Of a stretch of DNA of 64,000 bases, positions 9,576-19,981 are shown one piece after another (the stretch's first letter is position 1; the number at the start of each line of letters is the position of its first letter). This DNA is from an uncultured bacterium. GTDB taxonomy: Bacteria > Babelota > Babeliae > Babelales > Vermiphilaceae. Made by a program: the position numbers and the translations under genes. The stretch spans positions 576,001 through 640,000 of the forward strand of contig OY970212.1 in assembly GCA_963713925.1 (NCBI GenBank), given 5' to 3'. The notes beneath the pieces are model-generated. The model was not told the DNA's origin. It did no database searches and worked only from the letters and a program-made list of their open reading frames with translations.

Positions 9576-11323
9576 AATTTGCGCGCGTTGCCGATGTATT
9601 TGCAAAAGTGGAATCTGAGTCCGGTCGAACATTAATAACGGGCTATCTGGCAGAACTTTTTCAAGAGGCGTTTCCAGAGGAAATTGGCCATATTATCAAT
9701 TTTTGTTTAGGGCAATTGAATCCTCCCTATATTGGAACTCAATTTAACATTGCAGAAAAAAATATTATGAAAGCGATTTCGCTTTTGACCGGCATTCCCG
9801 AGACTGAGCTGACAATACAACTCAAATCAGTTGGAGATCTAGGCTCAGTTGTTGAGCAACAGAAATGGAAGCAAGAGACAAGCCTTTCAGTCACAGAGGT
9901 CTATGATGCCCTGTTTCAATTGGAATCATTAAAAGGGACCGGCTCGCAAGAAGATAAAGTGCATGCGCTTGAGCGGTTGCTCAGACGGTTAGATCCCCAA
10001 TCGGCCAAGTATGTGGTGCGCATTATTTTGTCAAAGTTACGGCTTGGTGTTTCAGATATGACGCTCATTGATGCGCTTTCTTGGATGCTGGTCGGGAACA
10101 AAACCTATAAGGCAACCATCGAGGATGCGTATAATATTTGTGTTGACCTTGGCTTGATCGCTACAAAAATAAAGCATAAGGGCGTTGAGTCACTTGCTGA
10201 TATGCATATACAATTGGGTATTCCGATTCGTCCGGCAGCGGCAGAAAGAATGCAAAATTCAGAAGAAATTTTCCAGAAATTGGGGTTTTGTGTTGCCGAG
10301 CCAAAGATTGATGGTTTTCGGTTGCAAATTCATGTTGATAGGACACAAAGTAAGCCACAGATTCGTTTTTTCTCTCGCAATTTAATTGATATGTCGCACA
10401 TGTTTCCCGATTTAACGGAAGCGGCTGCACAGTTGCCGGTTTCGAATGCTATTTTGGAAGGCGAGGCAATAGTTTATGACCCGAACACGGGAACCTATCT
10501 TCCGTTCCAAGAAACAGTCAAGCGTAAACGCAAACACGGCGTTGAGGAAGCGGCTGAAGAAATGCCATTGCGGGTGTTCTTGTTTAATATTTTGTATTTA
10601 GATGGAGAGAATCTTCTTGATAAAACTCAGGAAGAAAGAAGAATTTTGCTGGAAAACATTTTCGTAGGTTTTTCAAACCCGGCATTGAGTGTGATTCAAG
10701 AATACAAAATGAACTCGGCTGCTGATATTGAGCGCTATTTTAATGATGCTATTGAACATGGGCTTGAAGGTATCATGGTCAAACGGACTGACTCGATCTA
10801 TCAGCCGGGAAAACGAAATTTTAATTGGATCAAATATAAACGATCAAGCGCCGGCCATTTGCAAGACACCGTAGATGCGGTTATTTTGGGCTACTATGCC
10901 GGAGAAGGGAAACGTTCATCATTTGGCATTGGGGCGTTTTTAGTGGGCATCCTCAATGAAAAACATGACCAATTTGAAACGGTTGCCAAAATTGGAACCG
11001 GTTTGAGCGATGTTCAATGGAAAGAGCTGAAAGAAAAATGTGATGCGCAGAAAGCTGAACATCAGCCAAATAATGTGATTGTAGCAAAAGAATTGGCGCC
11101 CGATGTGTGGACATATCCAGAAATTGTGTGTGTCATTAAAGCCGACGAGATTACGCGTTCGCCATTGCACACGGCAGGTAAAACAACTGAGCACCCGGGG
11201 CTTGCGCTACGGTTTCCGCGCTTTTTACATTACCGAGATGATAAGAATGCATCAGATGCAACGACAGTCAAAGAATTACAACGAATGTTTGCAGTTCAAT
11301 TGTCACAAATGAATAAAGAGTAA
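9572..11323 (+). CDS. ATP-dependent DNA ligase (archaeal/eukaryotic-type architecture)
   Basis: Motif I EPKIDGFR, EGIMVK, WIKYK, LRFPRF; N-terminal DNA-binding domain. Confidence 0.94.
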   Translation: MKFARVADVFAKVESESGRTLITGYLAELFQEAFPEEIGHIINFCLGQLNPPYIGTQFNIAEKNIMKAISLLTGIPETELTIQLKSVGDLGSVVEQQKWKQETSLSVTEVYDALFQLESLKGTGSQEDKVHALERLLRRLDPQSAKYVVRIILSKLRLGVSDMTLIDALSWMLVGNKTYKATIEDAYNICVDLGLIATKIKHKGVESLADMHIQLGIPIRPAAAERMQNSEEIFQKLGFCVAEPKIDGFRLQIHVDRTQSKPQIRFFSRNLIDMSHMFPDLTEAAAQLPVSNAILEGEAIVYDPNTGTYLPFQETVKRKRKHGVEEAAEEMPLRVFLFNILYLDGENLLDKTQEERRILLENIFVGFSNPALSVIQEYKMNSAADIERYFNDAIEHGLEGIMVKRTDSIYQPGKRNFNWIKYKRSSAGHLQDTVDAVILGYYAGEGKRSSFGIGAFLVGILNEKHDQFETVAKIGTGLSDVQWKELKEKCDAQKAEHQPNNVIVAKELAPDVWTYPEIVCVIKADEITRSPLHTAGKTTEHPGLALRFPRFLHYRDDKNASDATTVKELQRMFAVQLSQMNKE

Positions 11324-11364
11324 AAAAGACTGGAAACAAAGAGCAAATTGGATGATATTGAACA

Positions 11365-11414
11365 TAATAAAAAAGATATGGGCAGAAAATTTTTTCTGCC
11401 CATATCTTTTTTAT
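11365..11414. terminator. Bidirectional terminator between convergent genes
   Basis: AATAAAAAAGATATGGGCAGAAAA / TTTTCTGCCCATATCTTTTTTATT inverted repeat. Confidence 0.85.
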
Positions 11415-11432
11415 TATTTTTTGAAAAACCGT

Positions 11433-12002
11433 TTAGTTTACTGTTGGACTTACGGGTACGTTTACTGTTACAGGATTGGTTTTTTTAGGAAGATTACATC
11501 TTTCAGCCGCTTGTTTCAATAATAGGGCTGCTGCATATCGTAGCGTATAATCTTTCAAAGTATCCGCAATATAATTCAAGGTAGCATCTTTTTTGATGAA
11601 GGCAGGTCTTTCAATTCCTGTTGCTTTCGAAACCTTGTTTATTCCTTCATTGGCAATTTGAACCAATTTTTCACGAGCGAGTACTGTACCTACAGCTATT
11701 ACAGTGTCTTTTGCCGCCTTTTTTGCATCTTTGTTAATATTGTATTGTAGTGTTCCCTTTATAGCATCAGTCACAATAGTATCAGTAACGGCTTGAACAA
11801 TATCTCCCTGACCAACCAATGTAATACCCTTATAAGTCAAGCGTGCTTTTGGAGCGTATTGGTTTGCAAGAAGGGTAAGTGCTTCTTTTCCTAATACTTT
11901 GCACCCGGTTTTTTCAGGAAAATCTGAAAATGAAAGTTTACTTCCCGCAAGCGCAACTGATGAGCTAATTAACGCAAGAGACAACATATACTTCTTCATC
12001 AT
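11433..12002 (-). CDS. Hypothetical secreted protein
   Basis: Signal peptide MKKYMLSLALISSSVALA. Confidence 0.7.
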   Translation of the reverse strand: MMKKYMLSLALISSSVALAGSKLSFSDFPEKTGCKVLGKEALTLLANQYAPKARLTYKGITLVGQGDIVQAVTDTIVTDAIKGTLQYNINKDAKKAAKDTVIAVGTVLAREKLVQIANEGINKVSKATGIERPAFIKKDATLNYIADTLKDYTLRYAAALLLKQAAERCNLPKKTNPVTVNVPVSPTVN

Positions 12003-12097
12003 AAGGATATACCTTCCGTATAAGATGATTGTGTTAAAATCTGCACCTACTCTAGTACGAGATTAAATCTTTGTAAAGCTTTGGAATCAATGAAGGA

Positions 12098-12724
12098 TCA
12101 ATATTTTGAGACAAGTTCTTGATAAAAGGCAGCTTCTTCTTTTGGATTATCTGCTTGTGTGATTGCTCTGCCAATAACAATTCCATCCGGTTTGAGCGTC
12201 AGCATTTGTTCAATTGTTTCACGTTTGATTTTTGCCGAAACAAACACGGGTACTGAAGCATTTCCTTTGACAAGTTCCCATTTATCAAAAGCAAGTGTTG
12301 CATCTTGCTCTTCGGATGGTTGATGAAAGAGAAGTGCGTGAGCACCTAAATTTTTCGCCTCAAGAGCTGATTGTGCCGGAGAGCTTGAATCAACAAGATC
12401 AAGCATAATTTTTTTATTTAAGTTGCCGGCGGTATTACAGGCAGAGTGGATCACATGTTTGTTGGTTCCTGCCATGACGGTGATCCAATCAGCACCTGCT
12501 TGTGCAAAGCCGGTAACTGCATCTTTGCCTCGATCGACAATTTTTGCATCAGCCATAATAACAGCTCGAGGAAGGAGCTCTCTGAATTTTTCAATAGCAG
12601 TAAGACCATGTGTGTAAATTAATAAAGTGCCGACCTCAAGTACATCCGCGTGGGCCTCAATCTGTTTTGCGATATCAAGCGCTTGATTCAGATTGGTCAT
12701 ATCAAATGATACTTGAAGTTTCAT
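12098..12724 (-). CDS. 3-hexulose-6-phosphate synthase / KGPDC (OMP decarboxylase superfamily) protein
   Basis: MKLQVSFD, LEVGTLLI, ADAKIVDRG, AGADWITV, VIGRAIT. Confidence 0.85.
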   Translation of the reverse strand: MKLQVSFDMTNLNQALDIAKQIEAHADVLEVGTLLIYTHGLTAIEKFRELLPRAVIMADAKIVDRGKDAVTGFAQAGADWITVMAGTNKHVIHSACNTAGNLNKKIMLDLVDSSSPAQSALEAKNLGAHALLFHQPSEEQDATLAFDKWELVKGNASVPVFVSAKIKRETIEQMLTLKPDGIVIGRAITQADNPKEEAAFYQELVSKY

Positions 12725-12919
12725 TGCATGATTCCTTCATTAAAAGGTCTTTTGTTATGTATATCCAAGCAACGTTTTTTTGCATCTGCTTGGGGATTTT
12801 TGTAATCCAACCGTCCAAGTATATCCAATAATAACGGGAAATGGAAACCGATTCAAAAACCACGCTCAAACACAGCGAAAAAGTATAGAACCCAACTGTG
12901 GTTTTTTAGCGGGATTTTT

Positions 12920-13789
12920 TTATTTGCTTGGATATACTCGAATTCCCAAATATTTTTTCGGTTCAACTTTATATTTTTTCGACAAGCTATCAAAAAATTG
13001 ACTGATATTAATCAGATACAATGCACGAGCTAGCCGATTGGTATTTTTTTTCACATACAATGTGGGCAGCAACAGATTATTATCATTTCCCGCCAAACTT
13101 GCTCCCAATGGTACAAATATATTTTCAGGAAAAGCAAAAATAACAATAGCTTGAATCGGTATAACATTATCTTTCGGCAGCGACACTTCTTCAAGATTCC
13201 AATACCATGATTTTTCATTCGGACCATGCACTTTTTCTGCCTTGATCATGCGCGCCGGAGTATTTTCTTCTATCTCCCAATGATGGATCGTATTTCCCAG
13301 CATAATAATAGGACTTATTTTAGGAGTAATGAGCAGATAAACCATGTTGCTTGTTTGTTGCCGTGGAAATGTAACGCGGCCGTTATAATCGGTGGCTGCC
13401 ACATATCCGGCATATGAAGCGTTTATTCCATTTACTATGTTGAGTGTTTGTAAATGCCTGAGTTTATTTTTCAACATTCTTTTCGGGTCATTGAGTTCGG
13501 CAATGGCTTCTTGCGAATTGACTTCACCCAAGCTCGCTGTGTTCGTTTGGGGGCCGTTTATACCCAAACTCGCGGTGCTTCCGCCTTCGCCGAGGCTATG
13601 GCCAGACGAGCCACTTTTGGACCCGTTTATACCCAAGCTCGCGGTGCTCACTTGGGGCCCGGATGGCTTCGATTTTAGAATGATTTCCGGATATTGTCTA
13701 AAATTGAGCGATACGACGGTGGGCGAAATTTGTATGAAAAAAAGACACGCATATGTCAGAAAAAGCCATTTCATTTGAAACTGTTTCAT
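12920..13789 (-). CDS. Hypothetical secreted protein carrying an in-frame palindromic-repeat insertion
   Basis: Signal-like N-terminus; TASLG(IN/E) x3 encoded by repeats at 13523-13661. Confidence 0.75.
   Translation of the reverse strand: MKQFQMKWLFLTYACLFFIQISPTVVSLNFRQYPEIILKSKPSGPQVSTASLGINGSKSGSSGHSLGEGGSTASLGINGPQTNTASLGEVNSQEAIAELNDPKRMLKNKLRHLQTLNIVNGINASYAGYVAATDYNGRVTFPRQQTSNMVYLLITPKISPIIMLGNTIHHWEIEENTPARMIKAEKVHGPNEKSWYWNLEEVSLPKDNVIPIQAIVIFAFPENIFVPLGASLAGNDNNLLLPTLYVKKNTNRLARALYLINISQFFDSLSKKYKVEPKKYLGIRVYPSK
13523..13661. repeat. Three tandem family B repeats with a nested family C repeat, inside a CDS
   Basis: Minus strand: GGGCCCCAAG..CTTGGGTATAAA-type unit x3; nested GCCATAGCCTCGGCGAAGGCGG matches intergenic 25480-25501 with one mismatch. 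Confidence 0.85.
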
Positions 13790-13900
13790 GGAATGCTGAC
13801 CCTGTATCTATAATTTTTAAAATCGGTATACTAACGCAGGATTATAATCCAGATATAACAGACAAAACGGTAAAGATGCTATGGTTTTTTCAAGGATTTC

Positions 13901-14551
13901 ATGAAAAACACGCAAGATACAAAAAAAATCGATCAAGCATGGAATCAGTTAGCGCATGATTTTCATTTAAGTGACGTACAACTGCAGCAATGTCAAAAAT
14001 ATAGTGATTTGCTTGGAGAGTGGAATAAGCAATATGATTTAACGGCAGTGATTGATCCGTATCAGATTATAGTGAACCATTTTCGCGATTCTTTAATGGG
14101 CGCTCATTATATCGATCAGTATAAGCCGCATATGATGGTTGATGTCGGCTCAGGCGCTGGTTTTCCGGGCGTTCCACTTAAAATTAAATATCCTGAGATG
14201 TCAGTTGTTTTGATTGAAGTTTCCGGCAAAAGAATTAGCTTCTTGAGAGAAGTAATTGAAACGTTGCAGTTGCAATCGATTGAACTATACACGTTGGATT
14301 GGAGAACTTTTTTAAGAAAAACAGAGTATCAAGCGGATCTTTTTGTTGCCCGAGCTTCGCTTGATCCGGTTGAGCTTTTGCGCATGTTTAAACCAAGCAG
14401 TCCGTATACTCGGGCTCGTTTGATCTATTGGGCATCCCGTTTGTGGGAATCTGATGAGCAGACAAAACCGGCAATTGTTGATGAATTTTCTTATAAATTG
14501 GGCGATAAGCAGAGAAAGCTGGTCGTTTTTGAAAATCCCAAGGATGCCTAG
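13901..14551 (+). CDS. rsmG: 16S rRNA m7G527 methyltransferase RsmG (GidB)
   Basis: WNKQYDLTA, HFRDSL, DVGSGAGFPGVPLKI, ARA. Confidence 0.93.
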   Translation: MKNTQDTKKIDQAWNQLAHDFHLSDVQLQQCQKYSDLLGEWNKQYDLTAVIDPYQIIVNHFRDSLMGAHYIDQYKPHMMVDVGSGAGFPGVPLKIKYPEMSVVLIEVSGKRISFLREVIETLQLQSIELYTLDWRTFLRKTEYQADLFVARASLDPVELLRMFKPSSPYTRARLIYWASRLWESDEQTKPAIVDEFSYKLGDKQRKLVVFENPKDA

Positions 14552-14568
14552 GGTCGCATTTTGGATAT

Positions 14569-14770
14569 GTTCGAATGGATTCGATTCCACTACGTTTTTA
14601 CCATGCTTTACGCATGGCACGTAGTTTCGCTCACCACGCACGGAGGTCGGGTTTGTCATCAATTCATTCACGGTAAACGTAGCGCATCATTTTCGTTTTC
14701 ACCCAAGTTTACGCACGAGGGTCTTTTCGTTCGTGGTGAGCGGAGTGCAACGAGTCGAATCCATTCGAAC
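14569..14770. repeat. Family A inverted pair with two nested family B copies
   Basis: GTTCGAATGGATTCGA...TCGAATCCATTCGAAC termini; CTCACCACG/CGTGGTGAG cores; reversed B copies at about 14595-14620 and 14696-14723. Confidence 0.85.
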
Positions 14771-14910
14771 GAGAAAACGAGCAGTTGATTGAATGTCGAG
14801 ATCTATACTAGTTTTCATTAACAACGTCTAATTGTTGCGTAACATATTGAAATTTATATGCTTGGGTGTGAAGTTTGGCATAGATTTTGAGCATGCGTAA
14901 GGAATAAGCG

Positions 14911-16311
14911 ATGAAAAAAGGATTATTTGCCAGTTATGTAACGGGGGTGACAGACAAAGTATATGGCGAAAGCAGTATAACGCTTTTACGATACTTTTTT
15001 CCTGAGCTGATTACCTCTTTTATTTTGTATTTGTTTCCGCTGTTGTTAGATCTCTATTTTATCGGGCATTTAAAATCGACGCCCGCATATGTTGCCCTCA
15101 GCACGACGAACAACATGATCCATTTTGCCATTAAAATCGCGGAAGCCTTTTCCGTCGGAACCGTTATTTTGGCCGGACAATTGAATGGTGCACTTTCATA
15201 CAAAGGCGTGGGGAAGGCAACGCGTGATTCATTTTGGGTCACCACTTTGCTAGGCATTTTGGGCTCTTGCATGTTGTATTTTGGGGCACCAATGGTCTAC
15301 CGGTGGTATGGCGTTCATGAATCGGTTGCTGTTTTTGGCGTACCCTTTTTGCGCATCCGAGCGCTGGGCGTTTTATGCATGTTTATGTTCTTTGCGCTTG
15401 TCGGCTTTATGCGTGCAATAAAAAATAGTTATGCTCCCATGATCGCATTTGCCGCCGGGGCAATCACGTTTGTGATCTGTGATTATATATTCATTTTTGG
15501 CAAATTAGGTTTTAGCCCGCTTGGATTACAAGGATCGGCGTGGGCTTCAGTCGTTCAATATTTTGTCATGTTTTCTTTATTAATTGTGTGGATGTTTTTT
15601 GACCCGCGATGTCGCAAATATTCGGTCGATCTTTTTGCTGCATGGACGGAGCCGACCTATATGGTTCATTTCTTGAAAGTTTCTTGGCCGATTGTGCTTG
15701 ATAAGGCGACGCTTGCCGGAGCATACTTATGGCTCAATAAAATGATTACTCCCATGGGGCTTCAGGCATTGGCTACTTTCAGCGCCATCAAAGATATTGA
15801 GCGATGCGCCTTTTTGCCGGCGGTTGCGTGTGCTCAAATTATTACTTTTTTAGTGAGTAATGATATGGGTAATAACAATGCGTTGGGGATAAAGCCAAAT
15901 ATTAAGCGTATTATTTTAATGGCGACCTTTTTTGTTTTTACCATGTTGGCATTGTTGTATTGGCAGCTGGAGTCGGTGTTGGTTTTATTTGATAAATCGA
16001 AGGAATTTACTCCTTTTGTGGTGCGTGTTTTCCCGATTTTGAGTGTACTTGTATTTTTTGATTTGGTACAATTGATCCTATCGGCCGCATTGCGTGGCTC
16101 GGGAAATGTTAAATTGGTGATGATTGTTAGGTTGCTGGTCTGTCTCTTTTATTTTGTACCAATGTCCTATCTTATATCATATCTACCAATTCAAGATGAA
16201 ACGATAAAATTTATTCTTGTGTATGGTTCGTTTTATATCGGCAATGCTCTCATGAGCGTTATCTATGTAAATTGGTTTCGAAGCGACGCATGGAAAAACT
16301 CTGCTTTGTAG
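14911..16311 (+). CDS. MATE family efflux transporter/flippase
   Basis: About 12 TM helices, FIFGKLGFSPLGLQGSAWAS, ALRGSG. Confidence 0.88.
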   Translation: MKKGLFASYVTGVTDKVYGESSITLLRYFFPELITSFILYLFPLLLDLYFIGHLKSTPAYVALSTTNNMIHFAIKIAEAFSVGTVILAGQLNGALSYKGVGKATRDSFWVTTLLGILGSCMLYFGAPMVYRWYGVHESVAVFGVPFLRIRALGVLCMFMFFALVGFMRAIKNSYAPMIAFAAGAITFVICDYIFIFGKLGFSPLGLQGSAWASVVQYFVMFSLLIVWMFFDPRCRKYSVDLFAAWTEPTYMVHFLKVSWPIVLDKATLAGAYLWLNKMITPMGLQALATFSAIKDIERCAFLPAVACAQIITFLVSNDMGNNNALGIKPNIKRIILMATFFVFTMLALLYWQLESVLVLFDKSKEFTPFVVRVFPILSVLVFFDLVQLILSAALRGSGNVKLVMIVRLLVCLFYFVPMSYLISYLPIQDETIKFILVYGSFYIGNALMSVIYVNWFRSDAWKNSAL

Positions 16312-16318
16312 GAGCGTT

Positions 16319-16603
16319 ATGGCTGTTGTAACAAAAGATGAAATTCGTAAATTAGCGCGCATTTCACAACTAGATCTGACCGATAGTGAAATGGATACTA
16401 TTATGATCCAAGTTGAGGCAGTATTGTCATATGCGATTCGCGTGCAGCAAATAGCCGCTGAATCGCCACAACGGTTTAATAAAAATATCAACGTATTCCG
16501 CGATGACGTTGCGATTCCATCACAATCAGATGCCATTTTAAGCGCAGCTCCTGTCCGCGAAGGAGATTTCTTTGTGGTGCCGGCCATCTTAGAACACAAA
16601 TAA
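16319..16603 (+). CDS. gatC: Asp/Glu-tRNA amidotransferase subunit C
   Basis: IRKLARISQL, NVFRDD, FFVVPAIL; upstream of gatA. Confidence 0.92.
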   Translation: MAVVTKDEIRKLARISQLDLTDSEMDTIMIQVEAVLSYAIRVQQIAAESPQRFNKNINVFRDDVAIPSQSDAILSAAPVREGDFFVVPAILEHK

Positions 16604-16702
16604 ATTTTTGAGGCTGAATAGCCATAGTTTTAATAAGTTTGGCCTTATATTTACCCGGGCTGAAAAGCCGCAGGTTTTCGGCCCGATTAATAAGGAAGAT
16701 AC

Positions 16703-18145
16703 ATGTACGCATTTCACTCCATCGATGAATTAGAAAAAAAAATAGCCCTCAAAGAAGTTTCTCGACAAGAACTTTTGCGCTATTTCCTTGATCGCTTCGC
16801 ACAATACGATAAAGAACTTGGATCGGCACTTGAAGTTTTTCTAGAACAATCCATTTTGGAAGGCTCACAAACCCATGGAACTCTTTCAGGAATTCCGGGA
16901 ATTATTAAAGATAATATCGCGCAAGCCGGGAGACCTCTTTCCTGCGCTTCACGCATCCTTGAAAACTTCATTTCTCCGTATGATGCAACGGCAATTGCAC
17001 GATTAAAACAATCGGGGGCATTATTGGTCGGTCGAGCAAATATGGATGAGTTTGCAATGGGAAGTTCGACAGAAACATCCGCATATAAAAAGACGCGCAA
17101 CCCATGGGATCATAAACGAGTTCCGGGTGGGTCAAGCGGAGGTTCAATTGCAGCTGTTGCTGCCGGCCTCGTACCATGGGCGCTTGGTTCAGACACCGGC
17201 GGCTCAGTGCGTCAGCCATCAGGATTCTGCTCAACGGTTGGAATCAAGCCGACCTATGGGCTTGTTTCTCGGTATGGACTTGTTGCATATGGTTCATCAC
17301 TTGATCAAATCGGCGTGGCCACTCGCAGCGTTAAAGACAATGCTCGCGTATTGTCAGTCATTGCCGGGCAAGACATTCATGATTCTTCCACGAAAGCAGT
17401 TGAACAAAAAGATTATACAGCCCATTTAAAGCCAACCTTATCGCGACCGGTCACTATTGGAATCGTTAAGAATGCATTGTATGCAGAAGGTATGGATTCT
17501 GAAGTTATTGAAGTGATAGAAAATGCAATTGCCGACTTGAAAAAGCTTGGTGTTTCTATTGCGGAAATTGAACTGCCAACCATTGATTATAGTGCAGCAG
17601 CATATTTTATCATCAGCCGCGCTGAAGCAGCTTCAAACTTGGGTCGCTTTGATGGCGTTCGATATGGCTATCGAGCTCCCAACATTGACACCTTAGGCGC
17701 GATGTATAGCAAGACCAGAAATCAAGGGTTCGGCGCTGAAGTCAAAACGCGTATCTTGGTGGGGAATTATGTGCTTTCAGCCGGTCACGCCGGAGCATTT
17801 TATGATAATGCGCGCAAAGTGCAAGCCATGATCAGAGCTGAATTTTTGCAGGCATTCAAACATGTTGATCTTTTGTTGATGCCAACCCAACCGGCGCCGG
17901 CATTTGAGCTTGGTGCGTATTCAGATGACAAACTCAAAATCGATTTACAAGATTATTTCACCTGCTCAATTAACTTGGCGGGAGTTCCGGCAATATCAAT
18001 ACCATGCGGATTTACCAAGACACGGCTTCCTCTTGGCATGCAGTTGATTGGTCCTGATTTGTCTGAAGAACTGATTTATCAAGTTGCGCATGCGTATGAG
18101 CAAGCAACCGAATGGCATACCATTCGTCCAACTATGTATGTGTGA
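16703..18145 (+). CDS. gatA: Asp/Glu-tRNA amidotransferase subunit A
   Basis: Amidase signature GGSSGGS, GSDTGGSVRQPS, SNLGRFDGVRYG. Confidence 0.97.
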   Translation: MYAFHSIDELEKKIALKEVSRQELLRYFLDRFAQYDKELGSALEVFLEQSILEGSQTHGTLSGIPGIIKDNIAQAGRPLSCASRILENFISPYDATAIARLKQSGALLVGRANMDEFAMGSSTETSAYKKTRNPWDHKRVPGGSSGGSIAAVAAGLVPWALGSDTGGSVRQPSGFCSTVGIKPTYGLVSRYGLVAYGSSLDQIGVATRSVKDNARVLSVIAGQDIHDSSTKAVEQKDYTAHLKPTLSRPVTIGIVKNALYAEGMDSEVIEVIENAIADLKKLGVSIAEIELPTIDYSAAAYFIISRAEAASNLGRFDGVRYGYRAPNIDTLGAMYSKTRNQGFGAEVKTRILVGNYVLSAGHAGAFYDNARKVQAMIRAEFLQAFKHVDLLLMPTQPAPAFELGAYSDDKLKIDLQDYFTCSINLAGVPAISIPCGFTKTRLPLGMQLIGPDLSEELIYQVAHAYEQATEWHTIRPTMYV

Positions 18146-18306
18146 GCCCAAAAAGAAATGTGGCGAAATAGAAATACATACTATTCAAATTAAATAGCTT
18201 TGCATATACCATTATCGCAGTTTGTATATAAATTGTTGTAGCCCCAATGTCAAATATACTATAATTCCTATCAAGGGATATGAGTATGTAATGCATTGGG
18301 GCTCGT

Positions 18307-19206
18307 ATGCATATTAGGGCGGTAATTTTTTTCTTGTTGGGGACAAGTCCCGTTATTTTCTCATGTCAAAATCCGTTTGCAAAACAAGGCATAAAAAACT
18401 GGGGTCCCCAATCGAAGATTGGGGTTAGAAAATCATTAAGTTCACGAGAACAGCGAGAGCGACGTGTCGCGGCAGAATTCAAAAAATATCAGGGCTATGG
18501 GCCTATCTATTCACACATTGTTGAAGACATTATTCGACTCAATCTCAACCTCATCAGTTGGCAAACCTATAAAATAGCAGTGGGGACATTTCCTTTCTAT
18601 GTTGCCGCTCGAATGGGCGATGAAGAGTGGCACAAACATTTTTATTGTCGTAAACGACATAAAAATTTGAATCAATTTCCAAAATGGTGTGATAAATTTG
18701 CGCAATTCGGGTTGTCGATCCCGCTTATCGCGCTGGGGAGTCTCGCATTTCTGGGTGTCGATGACGAAATGAAAATGACCGGGTGGATATTTATTTTAGG
18801 ATTTCCATTCTTAGTATTTGGAAACAAAATCAATAAAAAGATTCAGTTTGAGGGTTGCCACCGCCCGTGGCATGAACAGTTTAGTTGCGTCAAGCGCGCC
18901 GGAGGAGGATTCCCTTCGGGACACATGTCTGAAATCACCTACATGGCAGCGCTGTTTGGTTTGCGCTATGGCCCCAAATGGGGCTTGCCATTGGCAGCCT
19001 ATGGCCTTTTTGTGGGCGTCGATTTTTGGGTTTCAAACCGCCACTATGCATCACAATTGATTGCTGGAGTCGCATGGGGGCTCATGTATGCTTTTGCTGC
19101 AGATCGATACATCGACACCAAACTGTGTGAAAAGCGCCAACTTGCCTATGATCTCGGGTTTGATAAAGGGGGCAATCCTGCCGTTTCAGTGTCGTATAGC
19201 TGGTAA
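18307..19206 (+). CDS. PAP2 family phosphatase
   Basis: K..RP, FPSGH, NRHYASQLIAG motifs. Confidence 0.8.
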   Translation: MHIRAVIFFLLGTSPVIFSCQNPFAKQGIKNWGPQSKIGVRKSLSSREQRERRVAAEFKKYQGYGPIYSHIVEDIIRLNLNLISWQTYKIAVGTFPFYVAARMGDEEWHKHFYCRKRHKNLNQFPKWCDKFAQFGLSIPLIALGSLAFLGVDDEMKMTGWIFILGFPFLVFGNKINKKIQFEGCHRPWHEQFSCVKRAGGGFPSGHMSEITYMAALFGLRYGPKWGLPLAAYGLFVGVDFWVSNRHYASQLIAGVAWGLMYAFAADRYIDTKLCEKRQLAYDLGFDKGGNPAVSVSYSW

Positions 19207-19272
19207 AAAATTTCTTTTTTGATAGAATTTCATTCAGGTTTATCTTTTTTTTTAATATAAGGGTTTTTTATT

Positions 19273-19797
19273 ATGATGCGACGCGTAATGACATCACTTT
19301 TTGTTTCCGTATTGGCGACTCATGGGATTTTTGCAGCTCAAGAGCAATCGATGGATAAAAAACATGAATGGACAAATTACAAAAAAGTGGGTTACTATGT
19401 GCGAAGTTTTACCCCTGCGTTTGTTTGTGTAGCGTCTCCTTTGGTAGTCGGGTATCTTGCCAATAAGAGTTGGCCGGTAAGATCGGGTAACAATACAGGA
19501 AGTAAACTTGATGGAATAAATGCAGCAAAGGTGGGAACAGTCGTTATTGGAGCAGGGCTGGTAGGAGCACTTTTTGGCTTAGGTTTTATTGCTCAGCCGA
19601 TGGCCGATGCAGAGGATAGGACTTTTGTTGATCTCATGAAGAAATATCCGAACCAGGATCCTAAAGAACTGTTAGTTCCGTATTCAATAAGAGATAAGCT
19701 TCCTTATTTTTCTCAATATTACATGCATATTTATGTGAAAGAATATAATGATGCATTTTACAAAGCAAGAATAGATAAAGGGCTCAAGGCTGTTTAA
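19273..19797 (+). CDS. Hypothetical secreted/membrane protein
   Basis: Signal peptide plus two hydrophobic segments. Confidence 0.7.
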   Translation: MMRRVMTSLFVSVLATHGIFAAQEQSMDKKHEWTNYKKVGYYVRSFTPAFVCVASPLVVGYLANKSWPVRSGNNTGSKLDGINAAKVGTVVIGAGLVGALFGLGFIAQPMADAEDRTFVDLMKKYPNQDPKELLVPYSIRDKLPYFSQYYMHIYVKEYNDAFYKARIDKGLKAV

Positions 19798-19819
19798 GAG
19801 CATATATTTGCGTTCTCAT

Positions 19820-19845
19820 GCCTCCCGCTTTCGGGAGGCTTTTTT
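19820..19845 (+). terminator. Intrinsic terminator
   Basis: GCCTCCCG-CTTT-CGGGAGGC-TTTTTT. Confidence 0.85.
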
Positions 19846-19862
19846 ATTTGTATTTTTATAAT

Positions 19863-19932
19863 GGGTCCAATCTGGGTCCCATGCGGAAGCTTTAGCGTAG
19901 CATGGGTGTAAAGCGATAGCTTGATTGGGTAT
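19863..19932. repeat. Family B repeat nested inside another family B repeat
   Basis: GGGTCCAATC[TGGGTCCCATGC..GCATGGGTGTAA]AGCGATAGCTTGATTGGGTAT. Confidence 0.75.
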
Positions 19933-19981
19933 TTTATTTTATACTGATATAAAATAACTCTAAAATGTATCAAAGATATTT

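Noticed and set aside
6346..18145. secD without adjacent secF; gatCA without gatB
   Set aside because: Split operons are common in reduced genomes, and the partners may lie outside the window.
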